The notes under the pieces: model-generated
The model's database searches: none
Told to the model about the DNA's origin: nothing
What the model saw: only the letters and a program-made list of their open reading frames with translations
Made by a program: the position numbers and the translations under genes
Assembly (NCBI GenBank): GCA_964016885.1
Contig: OZ024742.1
Location: 353,958,001 to 354,022,000, forward strand
Length of the DNA stretch: 64,000 bases
Origin: Eledone cirrhosa
Taxonomy: Eukaryota
Direction of reading: 5' to 3'
Shown: in pieces, positions 28,418-42,433 of the stretch
Layout of the letters: every line of letters begins with the position of its first letter
Position numbering within the stretch: position 1 is the first letter of the stretch

Positions 28418-28422
<5 letters not shown>
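26628..28422 (-). mobile_element. 5'-truncated Naiad-like PLE (GIY-YIG + 3' UTR) bracketed by ~150 bp inverted repeats
   Basis: SKCN*HLPDKCPLQNKCLESNIVYLC, HYIG, TTLSNKIWQL and LLNSKIERTLFCRHK motifs. 26628-26776 is the reverse complement of 28272-28422. Confidence 0.85.
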
Positions 28423-28882
<460 letters not shown>

Positions 28883-28971
28883 GTAAGTACGTTTACGTAC
28901 ATAGATATATGTATACAGACGTACAGTAGTATGGTATGTACATACATGCACATATATATATATATATATAT

Positions 28972-29366
28972 GTACGTATGGCTTTACCGAGCATTTATTA
29001 TAATGTTCGGTTTGCTTGTAAACAAACAGCCCGAATTACGCCGTACAGTGTTCGGCAACCATCGTCGATTTTTGTTCAACATTGACACAGGAAAGATGTA
29101 CTTGTTTCAAGCTTATTAGCTATCGTCACCATTGTATACCTTCTTGTCAGATGATTGAACGTTTGAAAGTATATATTTTCCTTATGCATATCAACGAGTG
29201 ACCATCCTAATTTGCATATCGAGTGAGTTAGACGGCCGAGCGTACCGAAAAAGATAATTGGAAAAGAATGAAACGAAATTTCCTTTCTCACTCTTAGTAC
29301 GGCTGATACATTAATTCTAAGTATGAATACGTACATACAGAAGTATGTATATATATATACTACATG

Positions 29367-29458
<92 letters not shown>

Positions 29459-29815
29459 TAGATAGATATATATATATATATATATGTACGTATGGCTTTA
29501 CCGAACATTTATTATAATGTTCGGTTTGTTTGTAAACAAACCGCCCGAATTACGCCATACAGAGTTCACCAACCATCGTCGCTTTTTTGTTCAACACTGA
29601 CACAGGAACGATGTACTAGTTTCAAGCTTATTAGCTATCTTCATCATCGTATACGTTCCTGTCAGATCATTGAACGTTTGAAAGTATATACTTTCCTATG
29701 CATATTAACGCGTGAGGAGCCTAATTTGCATATCGAGTGAATTCGTCGGCCGGGCGTACCGAAGACGATAATTGGAAAAGAATGAAACAATATGTCATTT
29801 CTCACTCTTAGTACG
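28972..29815. repeat. Two diverged ~330 bp direct repeats separated by (TA)n, each with a decayed minimal hammerhead on the minus strand (29095-29134, 29609-29649)
   Basis: Second copy on the minus strand: cgatg ATGAAGA t-agct-aata-agct-t GAAA ctag TA catcg. Confidence 0.75.
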
Positions 29816-29861
29816 GCTTTGTATTGTGAACTAACTGTGGACTAACTGTTGTGTAACCACT

Positions 29862-29904
<43 letters not shown>

Positions 29905-30020
29905 AAGTATGAATTCCTATGTGTAAAACATACATACAGGGAAACAAGTAGTATCCAACCGTATGCAAATGTGGTTCTATGGCGGGTTAAATTAACAAGC
30001 CAGAACATATAAAATCAAAT

Positions 30021-30303
30021 TCTAGCAAATAGAGAAAAAGTTTTAAAATAAATAAAAAAAATTCGCAGTACTTACTATATGTGCCTTTACCGCAGTTTCA
30101 AACTTCAGAATAAACGGAAACTGTATATGGTAATTTTATATTCTCCGAGGGACAAGAGCCTTCTGATGATTGCTCCCTTCCCAATGAGAAAATCCGCTTG
30201 GATTTTCCGTTTATTCTGGAGCTTGAAACCGCTGTAAATCATATATAGTAAGTACAGCGAATGTTTTAAAATGTAACTTAATACTTTTTCTCTATTTGCT
30301 AGA
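30021..30303. repeat. Foldback module with hammerhead at 30158-30240 (+)
   Basis: gcctt CTGATGA tt-gctcc...ggagc-tt GAAA ccgctg TA. The inverted arm (30084-30101) preserves the stem I partner aaggc. Confidence 0.7.
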
Positions 30304-30308
30304 CCCTG

Positions 30309-30381
<73 letters not shown>

Positions 30382-30388
30382 AACATAC

Positions 30389-30465
<77 letters not shown>

Positions 30466-32650
30466 CACACATACACGGACAAACACCCTTCCCACACGCA
30501 CACACACATGCACGTACACATACATACACGTGCACATATGCATATATATAGAGGGTCTCCCATAAATGTATACACGCTTTGCTGTTGAAGATGGTTACAT
30601 CCTGTAAATATCTTTTAGAATTATATTTAACGGAATCCTTCTTTCGGCATACGTAGATCTTTGTTACATATCTATATCTGTAATTCTTCATATGTCCCAC
30701 AATATTTCATAGTATTAACACTGATATATTTGTTTCATCATGTAATTTACATTGATGCCCCGCTAATCTGTAAACCTCTATAATCTACACTATACCTGTA
30801 TTAGAGTCTCTCAAATAAATTCTATCAAAATGGAATTGTACGTAGTCTTATTAATACTTTTTGCTAAGTCCATATTGTTTGTCGATATGTTAGTACGCTA
30901 AATGTTATCTAACGTCAATATACTGAGTGTGAACTGGCTGAGATAAACAAAAGCTACCAAGGTCAAATTCGTGTTTCTTCCTTTCGTCCTTGACATATAA
31001 ATACCATTTTATTATGGGGAGTCATTCCTCCTCTCTGTTTGGCTGTTCTTTATATGCATCTTCCATCCCCCCTCTCTCTCTCTCTCTCTATCTATATATC
31101 TCTCTCTCTCTCTCTGTCTCTCTCTCTATCTTTCTCTCTTTGTCTGTTCCATCTTTTTTCACTATATATCTGAAATCGTCTGGTGATAAGAATTGGTTCT
31201 ACTTTAGGCACAAGGCCAGCACTTTGAAAAAAAGGGAAGGTCTATTAAATCAACCCCATTGCATTACTGGTAAGCCTACTTTATTTTATTCGCCCCGCAA
31301 GGATGAGACCAAAGCCAACTACAGCGGGATCCGCACTCAGACTGACAGGGATGGTCACCGCCAAGTCTTATTTGCCAGACATGCACCATGTGTCAGGACG
31401 GTGTCACGACGACGCCACCGGGAGTTGTCGATCCATGTCATGTCTAGATAGCGATTTCCAACCACTCTACACTTTCTATGTCATGGTAGTATATTAATAT
31501 TAAATATACCAGCAGTTTACAATGGACTTTCTATTAGAATGCTGAATGTTCTTAGTCACAGATCATTCCTGGCTGAACATAAATATGAATAATGAAGGTC
31601 AATCTTCGACACAGCCCTGATTTATACAATTTATTTAACATTACATTGTCCAATATTTGCTTCCATTTAAAAGCAGTAGGGTGTGATTTTGCTGAGAACG
31701 TTAATACAACTTTTAATGCCATTGGGACTCTCTGACAGGCTGCAGTAATTATCTGTATTGATTCCTCATTTGTTGCTTAATGTGTGGATTGCCTGTTTTC
31801 TAATTTTAACCGAGTACCCTACCACTAATTCATATATTATAGAGACTCTATTCGACAGCTATTATGAACATTACTCCATTAATTGATGCAATGATTTGTT
31901 ATTTGAGCGATTTAGAGTGTTTCCCTAAATACAATTACAGTTGCCTCAGATTTCCATAAAACATGTTCACATAATTCCTTATAGCCATCGTACACACACT
32001 CATACACTCGCACGTTGACACACATACACAGGCACGCAGATAGAGACATGCATACACACATGCACACACACACATACACACTCACTCACACTCACACACC
32101 CGGGCACACACACACACACACGCATATATATATATATATACAACTTTAATAATAATAACATTGTTGCTATTATTCGGTATATACCTAACGAGACGTTGTA
32201 AATCTCAGTGCACTAGGGTCCATGCAGATGTGTTATATATTGGAATAATATACACCAAAGTGTCGTTATGTTGTCAAAGTAAAACATGTTTTAACCGATA
32301 GAGATTCCTCCCGAAGTTATGAGATAGTAAAATCAGAAATCTTAGAATTATCTTAAGAAGAAAGCATTTGTATCTAAGGTTCCATACTTCAATCATCAGA
32401 AATAGACTCAGAATCGGTATCATCAGAATTCTATTAAGATAGCATCTTAGCTTATACACAGACCAATGAATCAATGAAACAATCATGGAAAGTGCGACAA
32501 TATTAATATACATATACGCAGAAAAAAAAAGACAAATTAATTCACATAAATTCTAAAGTAACCAGGTTTACATCGGCAGAAGATGAGCATATTATACTAT
32601 AGTATATTAGTTTTCGGATCTAGCTGTCGAAACGGCGCCGCAGCTCAACC

Positions 32651-33245
<595 letters not shown>

Positions 33246-33734
33246 GAATTGGTTCTCAAACCACTGAGACGATAACATATTTCAAATCAATATATACCCA
33301 AACTATGCATATATCGTTGTGCTCAGTTCAGTTATTCTCAATTTAAAGAAACTTCCATCTGTGATCACCAGAACCGTTTTGTTTCTCCACAAATGTTTGC
33401 AAAAAAAGACAACCTTTATTTGAAATATTTCTAAAAGATGTTAGAAATTAATGGGACAGATCATAAGTTAGTATACCATTTGTTTTCTCACAAGTTTCAA
33501 ACATTCAACCGTAGCGACTATATGCCTACAGAAGAGCGTAGATTAATGGGCAAACTAACCTTATGTGACGCGAAATCCTTGGTAGATCCTTTCATTCATA
33601 AGTACTCCTACATCATGATTTGAAAGATACATACAAATTTGAGAGTTTGATCCTACGTGAATCATTATATATTGATTGGAGTAATGCAAATACTGGCACC
33701 ACTATCAATTAATCAACATTTTGTAACACAGTAT

Positions 33735-33955
33735 ATACGATGGGTGCTGAAAAGTTCATGGCTTTGGGTAAAAGAAAATTCAGGAGATCACTTAAAAGAA
33801 AATGCAGGAGGTCAGTTATTTATGATTATATTCAACATATCCCCCTCTCAGATTCACAAACTTATTGCAGCTGTCCTACTTATCTTGTAAAAAGTATTAG
33901 CTCAACACTTTCTCGATACCCTCGAACCAAGGAAACATTCAGCACCGCCTCGTAA
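33735..33955. mobile_element. Mariner/Tc1-like terminal fragment
   Basis: TA-preceded tacgatgggtgctgaaaagttc resembles a mariner TIR start. No partner TIR was found. Confidence 0.4.
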
Positions 33956-35343
33956 ATACGGCAAAACCAGTTATTCCTTTTAATATATCACTATATTGGA
34001 GGCCATTGCATGTATTATGATAAGCGTCTGAATTTTGATTCATATACCTAAACTTTCAGAAATAATATATTTAGGTTTTGCACCGAAAAAAAAAATAATT
34101 CATGCCGCATATTCTCATATATCTATTACTAAATAAGAGTAAGATATCGCACTACATACTCCTAATTTTGTGTAGACATACACCAATAATATTTCTATTA
34201 GAACATATGAATATTCGAAAGAATGGAATCTTATTCAATGAACTCATTCTCGTAATGATTCACCGAGAAGGCACCAATAAAATTATTAAATAGATGAAAA
34301 TAAAACGAAATGTCATTAATCTGAAATGTAGTGGACACTCTCTGTACCCCAGTTTCAGTTCTATATCTGTGTTGCACCTGTACGATTACAGGGAAAGTTT
34401 AATGCATTACTGAACGTCAAAGTAATAGTGTGCATTCGCCATTGTAAGGAAAAGTAATATTCCATTTTACTATGTCTATTGCACATATTATTATTCCGGG
34501 TTTAATGTCATATTATATTATTCAGGCATTTTATATTATTCTCGTCGAGAGCTATCTTAAGTCATATATATTTCATATAGATGTTGACATTAGATGTATT
34601 TCACTTGTATGAAATCTTCAGCGATATGGAGTGCTGATGATTTGTCCTGTACACGTCATTTCCATACAAAATATGTATAATTCTTTTATACTCGCATAAT
34701 GAGAACCTTATATAACAAACGATTTTCAGAGCAGCTGATATTGAAAAAGGATTGACTTCTATCTGTTCCTTTAACACTTAACGATGGGTTCTCCAGGGAA
34801 CAAGGATTGGATTCAAATTAATGTAAGGAATAATACATGAATAGGCCTGATTGTTACGATGGATAGTTGTCAAACCAATGGAAACATTTGTAATGGAAAA
34901 ATTCTGAATAAATTATAAAAATCCATTATGTAAATTTATTCGTCGATGCAAATATTCCACCTTGACAACCAGATGTAATTCGGGACGCTTCAAGAAATTG
35001 ACTGCTTGCCACAAGATTCTTAGATATCTGTTTGTAGCAGTGCCGTTAATGGTTGTCTCTCCTCATATAATATAATATAAGAAAGTATAATATAGTAGGA
35101 TATATTATAATATTATATAGTATAATATAATATAATATAATATAATATAATATAATATAATATAATATAACATAATATAATATATATATATATATATAAT
35201 GAGTTGACGGATCCACCATATTTATCAATGCAAGGACCAGTTGTAACTCATCGTACTCAATAGGTAATGTAGAATACATTCCCAAAGTATACACATAGTT
35301 ATTCGCTTCGATACACACACGCAAACGGGGGCCTATAATAGTT

Positions 35344-35454
35344 CCCGGACTCGAGTTTCGGGCACACTTAATGCAGCAATAGGGTGCACTACACCCTCTG
35401 TCTGCATATATTATGCAACACTGCAAAATCGGCGTATGTGGCTTCATTGGCGGG
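35344..35454 (-). ncRNA. Decayed type I hammerhead-like motif
   Basis: cccg CCAATGA [long stem II] GAAA ctcgag TC cggg. The 5' core has two substitutions. Confidence 0.5.
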
Positions 35455-35987
35455 TATCGCATAATCAATAACTAATCCATCGACAGAATTCAACCCCAGT
35501 CCATGCCGGCTATGACTTATTGTGACATCGGAGGAGTAAAGTTATTAGCAACTGGAATCTGATACAACGCTGTCCTCCGATCGGCCACCGATTTACAAAC
35601 TTACCTGGTGGCAGGAGATTAGAGAACAAATATTTCCGCACCAGTCAAAGGCTCTCAGCCAACATGTCTCAAACGCAAATTAATAAAATAGTTAAAAGTT
35701 GGTTATTAGAAAGAGCAGTTCCACATTATTGTATAATAGAATGGTAGCATTCGGCTCTAGTCTCCAAGTTCCATGGCGAGAGGAGGCGATAGAAACAATA
35801 GTAGTGCCTAGAACCTTTATCGGACATTAAATGGCAGCATCTCCTGCTATTCATTTTATCTCTCACTCACTTATTGAATCGTTTAAGTTGTGAAATAGAC
35901 TGGCTTACACACGTGTCTCTCGCTAACCTGCACGCTACTCTATATCGCTGTATAATAGATGTTGGGAGTTAATACATATATACATAT

Positions 35988-36492
35988 ACGAGTCGAATTA
36001 CCCGCGTATTGCTGTGTTTCACACATTTTATTTTGTAAGAAAATGATGATTGATTTTAAAACAGTGATATAATTTATGGAGAAAAACTCTGCATTTCAGT
36101 GTTACTCCATATAAAAGGTAATGCATGAACAATTTGAAAACCTTATTTTTGGTAATATATCAAATAAAAATTACATTATTAAATATTATTCTGATTTTGT
36201 TTCTTGTAAATAATTTTTTACAAAATATCAATGTAAAACGTTTGTGAATAGCTATCGTATCTTGTCATTTACCTATGGTTTAAATTTTATAAAAAATCGA
36301 AGGGACGACATTTTCAGCGGGGATTTTAAGGGGAAGAGGTTTGTGTCCCCTGGGACCCCTTTGATTACAATGAAATATACTTATCGAAGTACCATGGGAA
36401 ATGTAATTTCAGAATATTTATTGTTATGGGGGCTCTATCTCCAAAACCAGAGTATGAGTTCGTGAACCAACAAGCAAACAGACAGCAACTAC

Positions 36493-36497
<5 letters not shown>
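35988..36497 (-). mobile_element. Non-autonomous Helitron-like remnant
   Basis: acccgcgtattgc hairpin-like end at ~36000 and a caaacagacagcaactacaactata end at ~36475-36497. Confidence 0.35.
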
Positions 36498-36536
<39 letters not shown>

Positions 36537-36539
36537 GCA

Positions 36540-36666
36540 CCCACTGATGAATTATAGGAGCCCACTTGAATATATATCTATTGATGGTATACAAGCTCCT
36601 ACATAAATTGGGATAATTTCACCAAAATTGTAGGAATCCTATACTGAAACGAGACGTCCGTCTGGG
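36540..36666 (+). ncRNA. Type I hammerhead ribozyme with extended branched helix II, copy 1
   Basis: ccca CTGATGA attatagga...tcctatact GAAA cg-agacgtc-cg TC tggg. There is a mismatch at the second pair of helix II. Predicted cleavage is after 36662. Confidence 0.8.
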
Positions 36667-37245
36667 AAGAGATATATTAGATATGTCTCATTTGAAATAA
36701 TGCACCCAATTTTCCACGCAATATATTTAGTTAGCACCCCGAATACATAATTGGGAATATAATCACTTATTTCCTAATGTTTGTTGAGTGAGTTGGAATT
36801 TGGCCGGAGTATCGCTAAAAAGCTTTCTCCGATATTGTATTTATTTATTTACTCTTGGCGCAGTAGATTTGAAAAAAATTCCTGGTATAAGGTTAGCATT
36901 TCTCTGTTTATTTTTTATATATGAATATTGATTGTTCCTTGTACCTCATTCTGTTATTTTGCCCGAGAAAATATCTGTGTGTGTCATCAAATGTTGTACA
37001 CACATAGATATCTTTTCAATTTCCAATTAAGCTCTTAGCACGTGGCCTGAATTCCTTTCAGAGTTCATTGTCACGCGCATGTATTGTTTTTCTTGGCGGT
37101 AATTCACTTCCTCATTTTTTTAATCAGTTCGAGCACTTCTTTAGAACTGCTGGACTGGCAACCTGACAGATACCTTAGGCACATAGAGTGATTATCGCTA
37201 AATGCTGATGATGGTTAGATTATCAATATTAGGATTATTGGGGCA

Positions 37246-37372
37246 CCCACTGATGAATTATAGGAGCCCACTTGAATATATATCTATTGATGGTATACAA
37301 GCTCCTACATAAATTGGTATAATTTCACCCAAATTGTAGGAATCCTATAATAAAACGAGACGTCCGTCTGGG
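37246..37372 (+). ncRNA. Hammerhead copy 2, core mutated (GAAA to AAAA)
   Basis: Perfect 9 bp helix II attatagga/tcctataat, but G12A at 37352. Confidence 0.7.
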
Positions 37373-37949
37373 AAGAGATATATTAGATATGTCTCTTTTG
37401 AAATAATACAGCCCATTTTCCATGCAATACTTTTAGTTAGCACACCGAACACATAATTGGGAATATAATCACTTATTTCCTAATGTTTGTTGAGTGAGTT
37501 GGAATTTGGCCGGAGTATCGCTAAAAAGCTTTCTCCGACATTGTATTTATTTATTTACTCTTGGCTCAGCAGATTTGAAAAAAATTCCCGTAATAAGGTT
37601 AGCATTTCTTTGTTTATTTTTTATATATGAATATTCATTGTTCCTTGTATCTCATTCTGTTATTTTGCCCGAGAAAATATCTGTGTGACATCAAATGTTG
37701 TACACACATAGATATTTGTTCAATTTCCAATTCAGTTCTTAGCACGTGGCCTGAATTCCTTTCAGAGTTCATTGTCACGCGCATGTATTGTTTTTTTTGG
37801 CGGTAATTCACTTCCTCATTTTTTTAATCAGTTCGAGCACTTCTTTAGAACTGCTGGACTGGCAACCTGACAGATACCTCAGGCACAGAAAGTGATTATC
37901 GCTAAATGCTGATGTTGGTTAAATTATCAATATTAGTATTATTGGGGCA

Positions 37950-38076
37950 CCCACTGATGAATTATAGAAGCCAACTTGAATATATATCTATTGATGGTAT
38001 ACAAGCTCCTACATAAATTGGGATAATTTCATCCAAATTGTAGGAATCCTATAATGAAACGAGACGTCCGTCTGGG
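37950..38076 (+). ncRNA. Hammerhead copy 3, canonical core
   Basis: ccca CTGATGA attatag...ctataat GAAA cg-agacgtc-cg TC tggg. Predicted cleavage is after 38072. Confidence 0.85.
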
Positions 38077-38235
38077 AAAAGATATATTAAATATGTCTCA
38101 TTTGAAATAATACAGCCAATTTTCCACGCAATACTTTTAGTTAGCACCCCGAACACATAATTGGGAATAGAATCACTTATATTGAGTGAGTTGGAATTTG
38201 GCCGGAGTATCGCTAAAAAGCTTTCTCCGATATTG

Positions 38236-38283
<48 letters not shown>

Positions 38284-38309
38284 AATATATATATTTATAC
38301 AATAAAAGC

Positions 38310-41290
38310 GAAAATACAGGTAAGCATTGAAAAAATGGATTCTATCTAGGTATTTATGACCGTTTCATTGGTAAGCGCAACCTTATATCGCTATACCGCA
38401 AATACCAGCCACTTGATGATAACTGTTATCCACCTCAAAATATTCAAATTAATGAATAAGTTACTTGTAAAAGGTTCTCAATATATACAAAATATTTTTT
38501 GCTATCGTATTTACTAGTATAGAGAGAGAGGAAGGGGGAGGAGGATTAGGAAGTAGAGGGACAGACGGAGATGGAGGGAGGAGTAAAGATGGAAGGATTC
38601 CACGATCAGTTTTGATTCGTAGACTTGATATCGTCAATTTACTGTGTAGGGAGTTAAAGAGAATTAAATTGTTCATAGTGGGATGAAGGAGATATAAAGA
38701 GAGAGAGAGGGGGGGGGGGGGCGATAGAGAGATACATATATATATAAAATAGGGGGAAGAGAAAAAAGAAGAAAATAAAATGGAACAAAGAAAAGGGAGA
38801 GAAGAAAAGAAGAAAACGAAGAAAGAAACAAGGAAAGACGGAGGACAGATGGACATAAGTAATGGTTACTGTGGGTAATTAAAGGGGTTAGATTCAATAA
38901 GAGGGTAGAAAGCCTAAGTATCTGCAGTTTGTCTTGTGGTAGTTGCAGGTTAAGAGTTCGATTTGCACTTGTAGTGCGAACATTTTTCTTTAAGTCTATG
39001 ATTGCAATAAATTGATCTTTCGATTTTATTGTTGAATAACTTATACTTCGAACTCAAAATGTGGAACAGTTCAAGGTCACAGAACAGACAGCTTCTCATA
39101 CCACTACGATATGCAAGCGCGTTCGATACTTTTTTCTACTTCGGGGTGTATTGATGGTTACTTTCCTTCAGTTGCCAGGTCTTGTTCGCAAGGGTAGTTA
39201 CATAACGATGCTGGGAATGTTTCATTGCGTAACAATGTGTATACCAACGAGCTTTAAATGTATTGCCAGTCGCACTGATGTAATACCATTTCTGGTTGTC
39301 TGATTCGACGGTGCATTGGTAAACCATGTTAGACTGCATACATTCATTATGCAATGGGCAGGTTTCGGGTAGGTGGCAATTACAATTCCTGTCAACTGGC
39401 ATTATTGGTGGGCTGCGATGCCTGTACAAGTGTGTTACGGTTTGTTTGCATTCTAGTCGGTGGTTGTGTATTAGATATTCTGTTGTGTTTGATGGTAATT
39501 GTATTGTTATTGTTATAAATGTGTGTTCCGGTGTTGTTGTGTATTTTTTAGCGTTAAGCATCTTAATGTGTGCCTCTATATTTGGTGCAGTGGAGTAAGA
39601 TAGTCTGATAGATTTAGTGTTAAGGATTTTGCTGTATCTATGTGAATCTGGAAAGTGCTTATTTATATTCTAAAAAATGTAGAGGGAAGGCTGGTACCAA
39701 TAGAGATGTTAAATATAGGGTTATAACAAATATATATTCTACTGCGTGACCTGTTTGATTTTAATGTTGTATTTCTATTTTCAGTATAATTGGTAGTGCT
39801 ATGCGTAAATGTGTGTGTGCGTGTGTTTCTGAAGTTTGTGTTATGCCTATTCGTGTGCGCTTTGCGGAGGTTTTCATCTACATACTCTACTCTATCTAGG
39901 TGGCCTGCCTTATCTAGTGCGTTATTGTAGTACTCCACGTGTTCCTCGAAGATTTGTCGGTTAAACGAAAGGCGGGAGATCCTAAGGGATACGCTGCGTG
40001 GGACGGACTTAATTATGGAGAGTGGGTGGTTCGAATTACAGTTGATGTATGCTATGTTTTCATTATTCTTGTGAAAAGTCCCGTATTTAGTTTACGCGTC
40101 GTGTCTAGAAAGTTAACTATTTTACGGCTATATTCATACGATCTGCTAAGGCCTAGTTTACCAAAAGTCTTTCCAATATTCTTGCGCAGCCTTTCTATGC
40201 TCTGGTATTTAGGTTCTTAACTAGAAGAAGGGTGTGGCCTCTGTAAATTGCACCGTGAAGGTCGCTAAATTCCTGAGTAAACTATGGGCTATGTACTACC
40301 TACTAAATCCGTGACCTGAGCCGAGTCATTAGCCTCCATCGTGATGTGAAAGGTATCTAATTTATCCTTATGTTCCCAATAGGCGTTTACAAATTTAATT
40401 ATTGTTTTCCTAGCAGCTGATATAATGTTTATCTCGTCGTATGTCAGGTCAGAGTTGGCTTTGGCGAATGCTAAGGCTTTATCTAAGGTATTGGCTGATA
40501 TAGAGGATTAATAGTCGTTAATGTCAAATTGTATAAACTTAGATACTTTTTTCTTAGCTATACTGTTAAATCATTTAATTGTTTCGGTAGTGTTACCCCA
40601 TAGTTTAATCACTAGTTTATTCTTCATTTGTGCTATTACTCTGTCTAATATATGTTTACTAATTTTCCCAATGTCTGGTTTGGACGGGCATATAAGTCTA
40701 ATTGTGGAGTTATAATCAAAGTTTACCTTATGGACCTGTGAGATTAAATGTGGTGGCACATGGCCTAAGTGGCTCCGTTCTATCCGCTATTGCTAGGTAT
40801 TTGACTATAATGTGTGCCTCGTTGTTGATGTTTATCAGTGCCGTCTCGTTAGTGTTTCTGCATTTTCTATGTAATTCCTTCCGTATGATGCTATTGTATG
40901 CATTAATATGCATCGTATATACATTTGAGTCTTTGTTCGCTTTGACAATAATTCCATTGGTAGTTCGCAGCTTTTTTATGAATGTATTAATGTCATTATG
41001 GAGTTTATTATGACTCTGCATTTTTAATTTGATATCCATAATCATCTTCAATAAGTCCTGTTCAAATGCATCCAGTTGAGGGTTGGTAGGTGGCTTCTTA
41101 CATGATTTGAAGCCGCATGTTTCCTTGTCGGTAACTTATTCATTATTTTGAAAATGTGGAGGTGAATGACAGTTATTATCGAGTGGGTACTATTTGCAGT
41201 ATATCGATATAAGATTGCGATTACCTATGAAACGGTCGTGAATACCTGGATAGAATCCTTTTTTTCGTAATGCTTATCTGTACTTATTAT
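38310..41290 (-). mobile_element. Decayed, nearly complete Naiad-like PLE (RT + GIY-YIG) bracketed by ~130 bp inverted repeats
   Basis: VKANKDSNVY, RLICPSKPDIGKISK, YNNALDKAG and NCNCHLPETCPL...MVYQC...YYISAT motifs. 38310-38436 is the reverse complement of ~41159-41288. Confidence 0.88.
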
Positions 41291-41964
41291 TTAATTGTTT
41301 ATACTTCAAGATTGAACAGGATTTACTAACCAGATTCTTGCAAACTTGTGGAGTTACCCCTAACCAAACGAACTGGATTCCAATGAGCGATTTTCTGCTT
41401 TCCTAACTATATATATATATATATACATATATATGAAGGAATAAACACAGTACCTTTTGTGTTTACAATTACAAGGGTAGTAATGCAACGTTGGTTTGGC
41501 GAATATAAACTCGAAATCAAACGGAAATACAAGATAAATTAAAAAGTACTCACAGATTAGCGATGAATCAAAACATATCAAATATGTTTGAAGTTTTGAG
41601 TTTCTCAATAAGTATATCCCAATAGGCTTTATCTAGATCCACAATAACCAAATTAAAATATATATGTTTATATATACAGAGGGAAAGAGCCATAGATCAT
41701 ATAATAAGCATGTTATATTTTATATACACCAAATACTTATTCTATAGAACAATATGTACACATGTGGAATCATAATATTTCTTACCTGGAGAGTATTGCT
41801 AAAATTCGATCTATGTAATCGATCATCAAATGAGAAAAAAATATCAATCAATATATTCTAACATTGGAGTAAACTATCTTATAAGATTAATTCTCTCTAT
41901 ATATAAACATATCTTTTAATGTGGTTACACAGACACACACACACACACAAACTCACACACACAC

Positions 41965-42006
<42 letters not shown>

Positions 42007-42102
42007 TTTGATGAGTATGTGTTGGTTGTTTACCGACACCTCAGTATTGTAAATATGTGGCCTATTTATTTGACAAATTCTAAATATTTGACTTATTTAT
42101 TT

Positions 42103-42146
<44 letters not shown>

Positions 42147-42372
42147 CAAAGATGGCTGTCACTGAAATATATATAGCAGTAATAAACGAAGCTAAATTTT
42201 AATCATTTGATTTTATTTAACTTTATTTTACACTACTCCGGAGTAACCAAACCAACCTGCGCACTTCGTCGAGTGCTCCAGTCTGCATACTGATTTGTTA
42301 GAATAAAACCAACATAAACTCAAAATCTCTCTCATCTCTCTATCTCTCTCTCTCTCTATATATATATATATC

Positions 42373-42431
<59 letters not shown>

Positions 42432-42433
<2 letters not shown>

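Larger units (their letters stand above)
36532..38240 (+). repeat. Head-to-tail tandem array, 706/704 bp unit, ~2.4 copies, one hammerhead per unit (retrozyme-like)
   Basis: CTGATGA at 36544, 37250 and 37954. The units are highly similar, carry no credible ORF, and the array is bounded by (TA)n on both sides. Confidence 0.92.

Noticed and set aside
37205-37230. Second CTGATGA in the 705 bp unit
   Set aside because: There is no GAAA/UH partner, and the next unit reads CTGATGT.
36532-38240. CRISPR-like or coding tandem array
   Set aside because: The units are fully repeated with no unique spacers, and the 62-66 aa ORFs are not conserved between units.
40571-40573. In-frame TGA in the Naiad RT as selenocysteine
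   Set aside because: It falls at a probable Trp position (K-W-F-N), so it is most simply TGG to TGA decay.
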